Assembly: GCA_964016885.1 (NCBI GenBank)
Contig: OZ024757.1
Coordinates: 40,610,001-40,674,000, forward strand
DNA length: 64,000 bases
From: Eledone cirrhosa
Taxonomy: Eukaryota
Direction: 5' to 3'
The position numbers and the translations under genes were made by a program. How positions within the stretch are numbered: the first letter of the stretch is position 1; each line of letters starts with the position of its first letter. A model generated the notes under the pieces. The model saw nothing but the letters and a program-made list of their open reading frames with translations. It had not been told where the DNA came from and made no database searches. Shown here in pieces: positions 56,075 to 64,000 of the stretch.

Positions 56075-56297
56075 GTAATAATAATAAATTTGAAGACTAA
56101 AATCCAAATTATATTCGTTTTTTCCTGTTCTTAGCCAGCGAACGTTACCACGAACCAAAGTATCGTCTTCCTGTCCTCCTCCGGTTGCAACGGTTTTTGA
56201 AATATTCACTTCTGCGTTCACAGATTGACTTTGTTAGTTTCAGAAGATCCCGTTAAGGGTGAAAGCAGCGATTCTTTGCTTAAACTTTAATCTGTTA

Positions 56298-56305
<8 letters not shown>
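56075..56305 (+). mobile_element. Unclassified (AT)n-embedded element, internally deleted copy
   Basis: Same ends as 58330-58790 (TAGTAATAATAA..TTTGAAGACTAAAATCCAAA ... TAATCTGTTATTTTAATA); minimal version at 4583-4657 (-). Confidence 0.7.
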
Positions 56306-56359
<54 letters not shown>

Positions 56360-56454
56360 CTTCTTCAATGTTTAAATTTATAAACTTAAAGTTTAAAGAG
56401 CTTCTGAACATATCTTACAGAAAATGGTTGTTATTTTGAGTAACTATATATGTA

Positions 56455-56531
<77 letters not shown>

Positions 56532-56532
56532 C

Positions 56533-56563
<31 letters not shown>

Positions 56564-56576
56564 GTATATATATATG

Positions 56577-56649
<73 letters not shown>

Positions 56650-57287
56650 ATGTGTGTGTGTATTTATGCCTCTCTCCGTCCCACTCTCTCTATATATATA
56701 TATATAATTACATCATGCAAGACATTTTACAGAATCACACACATGGATGACTAACTTTCAGCAAAATATTTAAAGTGTATTCATTTATCCGTGTTAATAA
56801 CTTTAACATGAAAAACTTGAATATGTTCACCTCATCCACTGCTGTATGCACGACTAAACGGCCATATTTGCTTCTTAAATATATTTAATCCTTTACCAAC
56901 ATGCTAAATTTTTTTCTTTCTATTTTATATCTATTTTTTTAATCTTTCGATTAGCAGGACTTTTGCTTTCGTGCTGAATTCAAATTAATCCCCCATTCAA
57001 CTGACCTTATGAGCCCATCACAATCAGAAAGAAGTACCACTTAAACCACCGACACTACCACGCTTCCGACTCCGCCGCCATTACAATGACGTGGTTAGTT
57101 TTCAATTCCCACCTCGCATAATTTATTGCGAACTAATGTGTGCCTTACGGAATTCACAATAAAAATGTTTGCATTCGCTGTTTTCATTTTCGTTCAGTTC
57201 TCGCGATAGAAATTATACTACGTATTCATAAACCGTATCGGTAGTGCAGTTTTAATTTCTGTATCTCTCTCTCTCTGTCTCTCTCAA

Positions 57288-57351
<64 letters not shown>

Positions 57352-57470
57352 TATCTCTATCTATCTATCTATCTATCAATCTATCACTCCCTCTCTTGGT
57401 ATTTTCGTTCGGTTATCACGCTAGAAACTATACTACATCATATTCATAAACTGTATCGGAAGTGCATGTT

Positions 57471-57522
<52 letters not shown>

Positions 57523-58329
57523 CACTCTATCTCCCTTCCACATTCTCTCTCACTCAGTCTATCCCTCTCTCCTCACCCTCTCATTCTCTACCTCTCTCTC
57601 TCGCTCTGTCGATCTCTCTCCGTCTCTCTCTCTCTCTCGTTATTTTCAATTTCACAGCCGTCCGCCATGAATGAAACAAAAACAGTTTTTTTTCAGATGT
57701 TACAATTCCATTTATAATTATTAATGTTACGGGAATGGAGAGCAAGGGGCGAAGGGGAGCGGGGGTGGGTGTTGTCAAATATTCTTTAACATTTTTGTAG
57801 AAATCAAAAGAAGATGAATCACTTATGTATATTGGCTTGGCTTTGAAATAACAATTGATGTTAGCAAAACTTTTCGGAAGCGTTCATCAAAGATTTCATG
57901 TTATGTGGGTTTTTTTTTGTTTTTTTTGGGGGGTTGGGGTTTTTTTTTGGGGGGGGGGGGGGGGGGTTTGGTTTTTTTTGTTTGTTTTTTTTTTTTTTTT
58001 TTTTTTTTTTGTTGTTTTTTTGTTTTTTTTTGGGGTGGTGGTGGTGGTGGTGGTGGTGGTGGGGGGTTGTGTAATGTTTTTTCCATATCTTTTGAACGAT
58101 AAATCACATAAATAATACCGTAGTTTACATATAGAGCCAATTTGGCCGTCCTCACTGCCATATATATATATATATATATATATAATCCGAATTTTTTAGG
58201 ACATGTGCATGAGTGTCTGTGCGTGGTTGTATGTCTGTATCTCTGTGTCTGTTTGTTTGGGTGTGTATGTGTGTGATTGTGTGTATATGTGTGTTATATT
58301 TTTGTATATATATATATATATATATATAT

Positions 58330-58790
58330 AGTAATAATAATAAAATTTGAAGACTAAAATCCAAAGAGGGCTCGATAAGGATAAATATATATCAAATATA
58401 TAAGAAGCAGTTTTACCGTTTTCGTGGTTTTGTCTTTGCGTGCAATTGTTCTCCCCCGCACCACATATGACGTATTATCTTCGTTTTTTCCGTTCATTGC
58501 CTGAGAACGTCTCTATGAACCACCTAATACAATATTAGTCTACGACTTCTTTTATACCATAAATGTGGTTCTGTCTTTGCGTGTAATTGTTTTTCACCGC
58601 TCCAAATAATGACGTATCATATTCGTTTTTTCCCGCTCTTTGCCAGGGAACGTTTCCACGAACCAAAGTATCGCCTTTCTGTCTTCCTCCGGTTGCAACG
58701 TTGCAACAGATTGACTTTGTTAGTTTCAGAAGATCCCGTTAAGGGTGAAAGCTGCGATTCTTTGCTTAAACTTTAATCTGTTATTTTAAT
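58330..58790 (+). mobile_element. Unclassified (AT)n-embedded element, longer copy with ~140-bp internal tandem repeat
   Basis: TGTCTTTGCGTG.AATTGTT...TGACGTA...TTCGTTTTTTCC at ~58431 and ~58572. Confidence 0.7.
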
Positions 58791-58796
58791 AAATAA

Positions 58797-58868
<72 letters not shown>

Positions 58869-58924
58869 TCTCTATAATTCTTAATCTTTCTCTTTTTAGA
58901 TAGATACATACATATAACGTCGCG

Positions 58925-59570
58925 CCCTTATAATATATGTCTGTATGTCTGGCTGTCTGCATTACGTTACTTCCCTGAGGATGTGTGTGTGTGTCTTGAG
59001 TTTGAATCCCTAAAACTCAGGAAGTACCCAACCGATTTTTTTCAAACTTTACATGTGTATTACTTATGTTTCAGGGAGTGTTACGCAAATAAAATTCAAT
59101 TCTTTGAACTCCCAGGGCCGGCATTAGGTGAAAAACTGGGTTTTTAAAGTTTTTTAGGGTTTTTTGAGGCGTTACGTCAGACTGATTACCTTGAAATTGT
59201 AACTATGTATTAGTCAGTCTCTTCTTCATACCGGGAGCAAAGAAAATCGACTTTTTATGGCGTAGGGTCCGCATTAGGTGATAAACTTCATTTTTTCAGC
59301 TTTTTAGGGCTTTTTGGAGGCGTTACGTATATCCGATTTTCCAGAAATTTCAAGGCATATTATGCACATTAAAAAGATTCATTTTCATATGTGAAAACCT
59401 GCATTTTTCCTGCTACGACGAGGAAAATCTTAGAGATTATCCAGCCATCAGGGTATTCGGTTTATTTTCTTTACATATTGTCCAGGCATGCAGTTTTTCC
59501 ACGATTAAGTCTGTTGGCGGCCCGCCTTCCAAAATACCTTATCCAGTGCAACGCCGGGTACCGTTGCTTG

Positions 59571-59571
<1 letters not shown>
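58925..59571 (+). mobile_element. Non-autonomous Helitron-like element
   Basis: 3' hairpin GCAACG-CCGGGTAC-CGTTGC then CTTG|T (CTRR-like end); short GTCT/GT microsatellite near the 5' end; ACCGATTT..AAACTTT core repeated at ~150-bp period. 5' boundary uncertain. Confidence 0.65.
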
Positions 59572-59604
<33 letters not shown>

Positions 59605-60000
59605 AATAAAATACAGAGTTAATAACTCATACTGATACCCTGTAATTAACAAGCTCAAACTGAGCATTTCAATAATATATGTAGTAATAAACACAGTAAA
59701 TCGTGTGTCTAAAATTACGAGGGTTGAAATACCACATTTGTTTGAGAAATTCAATCAGAAGCAAGCGGGATATACATAAAATAAAATAAAATATATACAG
59801 ACCGCCTCAATAACTATTACATCTCCCGGACAGATTATGGATTTAATCTGTTTCGCCCTGAGAATTGTGTTTGCACAGATAATCCGTGGGCATCATCACC
59901 GAGAGAATAGATTAAATGAAACAAACATCTAAGCCATATATATATATATATATACAAATATAACACACGCATACATACCATCACATACATACACACACAA

Positions 60001-60067
<67 letters not shown>

Positions 60068-60068
<1 letters not shown>

Positions 60069-60617
60069 GGGGTAACAAATAATAGTTATATGCAGTCCAC
60101 TTAGGTGTAGTCCAGTTATGGTACTCCGGGTAGTGGATGATATCAACGCTTGGCTAAGTTTGACCCAACAAGACGTTTCCATAGTGATGCTGCGAGTACG
60201 CTGTAATTCCTATGTTGTAAACACTTGGAGTAGTAATAAATCAGGAAAGAAGAGTGACACGGTTTGCTATACAAAAAAGGTTTTTAATCTCATTGCTGAC
60301 AATTGTTTCTCTGAACTGGTAGGTCTAGAGATCGCTATCCGCTTGTTTTCGCGTTACTCGATCGCCAATACAATATTAAAACCAGTCAGTTCATCGGAGC
60401 TTGCGAGAATGAAGAGAATATACAAGCCTGTATATTCTCTTCATTCTCGCAAGCTCCGATGAACTGACTGGTTTTAATATTGTATTGGCGATCGAGTAAC
60501 GCGAAAACAAGCGGATAGCGATCTCTAGACCTACCAGTTCAGAGAAACAATTGTCAGCAATGAGATTAAAAACCTTTTTTGTATAGCAAACCGTGTCACT
60601 CTTCTTTCCTGATTTAT
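60068..60617 (-). mobile_element. Palindrome (arms 60236-60424/60429-60617) with large-stem-II hammerhead (family I)
   Basis: GCU-CCGAUGA-ACUGACUGGU(~60 nt)ACCAGUUCAGA-GAAA-CAAUUG-UC-AGC at 60453-60558 and its mirror image; unpaired tail 60068-60235; (AT)n flanks. Confidence 0.8.
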
Positions 60618-61981
60618 ATATATATATAAATATACACGTGTGGTGTGATATCTTCATTGGAACATATCTCCAGCTTTAGTGAGGTCGTATGGATCTAACA
60701 AAAAATATTTTATATGGAAAAAAACATAAACAAATAACACAAACTATACAAATAAAAGACAAAGTAACAACAACAACAACACTAAGAACTGCAACAAAGA
60801 TACAAAACACAACAAAAATTATTGAGGCCATAATATCGATAACAAAGACACAAAAATAACAGTTATTATCATCATCAACAACAACAATAAAATAACTATA
60901 TAAATCTTGTGTTAATTAATGTGTTTTTTATCGTGTGTTCCAAGGTTTGGTATTGCAGGAAATAGAACAGAATTGAACAGAATTGAACAGAAATACAGAA
61001 AAAAAAAAATAATAAATAAATATTAAAAAAATAAAAAAAATTTTGGTTTGGAGAAATTAAAAATACTTCTAATATTTCAATTACTGAAGTAGGGACCGAA
61101 AAAAAAACCCTAATAATTAAAACATTAACGAGAAATTTCGAAAGTGCCGTTGGTTCTCTATCGAGAATTTGGTTCCCGGAATTTGAAATTTATTGAGGAG
61201 TTGAATTAAGGTTTTTATTATTATTTTTTTAATAACACCCCGTGATGTTAAGTGTTTGGCTAACAGAAATGGTTGAGTTTGTAAATGAAAAAGTTTTAAT
61301 TAAGGTAACTTGACTTAATTACTCCAAGTCGTTACTTCAGATTCTAATGCAGTAAAATATACTTGATACTGTACACGAATCCTTAAAAATGATTACCATA
61401 CGAGTAGAAACTGAAATCTTCCTGCCGTTAAGAGGCTACAGAGGTTTGGTTGAAGGCCCAACCAACGAGCTCTTTATATATATGTATATGTATATATATA
61501 TAAAAACCTCGCAAAACAAATGTATATATATATTGTATTGCCGTAAAATGTTGGTAATGTTGAACATGTTAAGGAAATGGGGAAGAAAGAATATTATTGT
61601 TTACAAACAAGGTTTCTGAAGTGAAAAGAAAAACGAAAAAAATAAAGGGGGTGATGTGGAACATGATAAAGTAATGGGAAAGAAAAAAGTAATATTATTT
61701 ACAGGCATAGTTCTTGAGGATAAGCAGTTCAAAATGTGTTATTATGACAAGAGCGCTTAGTTGATCCATGATGGAGGCAAATGGTAGTCTGGGGTTTGAT
61801 ATGATTTCCCTTTTTAGAGAGTTAATATGTAGGGGAAGGTAATTCAGGTGGTCAGGTAGGGGAGAGAGAAATGAGAGGGGGTAATTCATTTTATATGAGA
61901 AAAGGGAATAGGTAGGGAGTGAGGGAGGTAACTCTTTAGAGAACATAGGAATTTGGTTTAGGTTCACTGTTCGTTCCAGTT

Positions 61982-62058
61982 TTAGTTTAGTCCGAAGTTT
62001 AGTCCATTAAGTAGAGGTTGTAATTTGTTAATGAAGTACGTTTCCTTATTGGTACGAT

Positions 62059-62059
<1 letters not shown>
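61982..62059 (-). pseudogene. Extreme C-terminus of a PLE GIY-YIG ORF
   Basis: [18 protein letters not shown] (R..E..FI...P.LN motif), truncated at (AT)n. Confidence 0.55.
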
Positions 62060-62116
<57 letters not shown>

Positions 62117-62132
62117 TTACATATAAATATAC

Positions 62133-62191
<59 letters not shown>

Positions 62192-62192
62192 C

Positions 62193-62284
<92 letters not shown>

Positions 62285-62325
62285 TAGCATTACAAGGGGT
62301 TCTACGAGACGCAGTTAACAGAGTC

Positions 62326-62383
62326 GGGTATGATCGATACAGATCAAACCTTGAGTTGATTAAGTGGCGAAACGCGCGTCACC
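62326..62383 (+). ncRNA. Decayed hammerhead in a ~110-bp (AT)n-embedded insert
   Basis: GGU-(AUGAUCGA, degenerate core)...GAAA-CGCGCG-UC-ACC: palindromic stem III and GUC triplet intact. Confidence 0.45.
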
Positions 62384-62746
62384 AACCAATATATGTAATA
62401 TATATATATATATATATATTATATATGTGGGAGGGATGCTTGTTTGTGTGTGTTTATATATAGCTGCGTACAAATATACATTGAACAGCAATCATACACA
62501 CGTACAAAAGAGGCATGTACAATCATTAGAGGACTGCAAGCATATTGACACACACTTACCATATTCAATACACATACTCATAGACAGAGTTTCACACATG
62601 CATACACATACACACTGTACTACTCACATATCCACAAAAGACTGGAAATATTTTAGGACAAAGAAACCATGTCATCTTGTCATCGATGTGGATTCTACAA
62701 ATGACCGTTTAATAACTCTCAAGAATACATACATACATATATATAT

Positions 62747-62876
<130 letters not shown>

Positions 62877-63130
62877 TTATATATATATATATTATATACA
62901 TATATATGTATATATATATGTATATACAGTAACACATACATAAGCCAGAAATAGTTATGGGACAAACATTATAGCAAATATTTTGTGACAAATGTAGATG
63001 AAATTAGACCACAACTTCAGCAGCAACAGCAGAGAAGAAGAAGAAGAAGAAGAAGAAGAAGAAGAAGAAGAAGAAGAAGAAGAAGAAGAAGAAGAAGAAG
63101 AAGAAGAAGAAGAAGAAGAAGAAGAAGAAG

Positions 63131-63161
<31 letters not shown>

Positions 63162-63424
63162 TATTTGGAGAAGTGATTGAATAATTAATTAAAAGACTTA
63201 ATTAAAGGCTTCTAGATAAACTTACATTTATCATATATCCATTCTGGTAGGTTTGAAAGTGGTACCTTATTAATAGAAGCAGTTTTAGCTTCTTTTTTTG
63301 TCTCATAAACTCCCTTAGTTTGATTGGAATATTTGGTTGAGATGGGTGAGAAATCATTCGTGTATTATCTTAAAGTTCTGAAATAAAGAAAAAAAGGTTA
63401 ACGCTTGATGTAGCAGGAAGAGGG

Positions 63425-63460
63425 TTTTAACGTTTCGGAAGCTAGTCATTCATCAGAAGA
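63425..63460 (-). ncRNA. Decayed minimal hammerhead motif
   Basis: UU-CUGAUGA-AUGACUAGCUUCC-GAAA-CG-UU-AAAA; stem II broken. Confidence 0.4.
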
Positions 63461-64000
63461 AAGAATGATAAATAAAATAGATTGCGGGGACGGTCGGGGT
63501 GGGATTGGAAAAAATGTCTTTAGATAAAAATAGCAGGTCCATTCATGTTGTCATCTCTTGTAAAACTGTTGGTGCTAGCGTTTTGTGTATGATTTATTTT
63601 TTAGAAAAGTGGTACATGTATAAACTCCTCTAAGTATCTATAGACATTTAAAGAAAAAATACAAAGGCTCAAATAAAACTGAAGGATGATAATTGACAAT
63701 CTAATGTATAGTTCCGTAACCCCTGAGTGTATGGTAGATTCGCCATATTGGCATACGCCATTTCTAGGGCATTTCTTTAAAAAGGTGGTGGAACCAATCT
63801 CCTTCCTAGGTCTGAACACAGTAAATGTATTCCAGAGAAAGTTAGAGCGTGGGTAAAAAATGGAAGTAAAATAGGAATATAAAGCATAAGTTTGAACCTA
63901 TTCTGGAGATGAACCGAATTTTATGAACGCTAGGTTTCTACAAATAAATAACCCTATTCTTGGAAGACGCTAGCCCAGTAGTTCATTACAGGGCTAGCCT

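Noticed and set aside
60118-60657. Two ORFs on opposite strands encoding the same peptide
   Set aside because: Direct consequence of the DNA palindrome; no protein motif.
63190-63990. Possible PLE coding remnants around the 63425 motif
   Set aside because: Only faint peptide resemblance (e.g. KTLAP); not supportable without a profile search.

Overview
AT-rich, microsatellite-saturated animal intronic/intergenic DNA with one 200-N gap. The SINE family and repeat style suggest a coleoid cephalopod, probably an octopod (inference). No intact host gene is visible, and almost all ORF-track entries are translations of simple repeats. Recognisable content is: many tRNA-derived SINEs; decayed LINEs (Tx1/L1-like, R4/Dong-like, CR1-like, RTE, RTE-X); Penelope-like element (PLE) GIY-YIG remnants; a piggyBac-type MITE; a non-autonomous Helitron; and a 47-bp minisatellite. 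The main signal is a dense set of short inserts in (AT)n tracts, from about ten unrelated families, that carry minimal hammerhead-ribozyme (HHR) motifs. Many are fold-back palindromes whose turn-around points coincide with ribozyme helices, and one family has a compensatory U3-A8 catalytic core. Also notable: the dominant SINE shares its 3' end with the Tx1-like LINE, and one fold-back element carries two convergent tRNA-like Pol III units. All structures were folded and aligned by eye; element boundaries are approximate.
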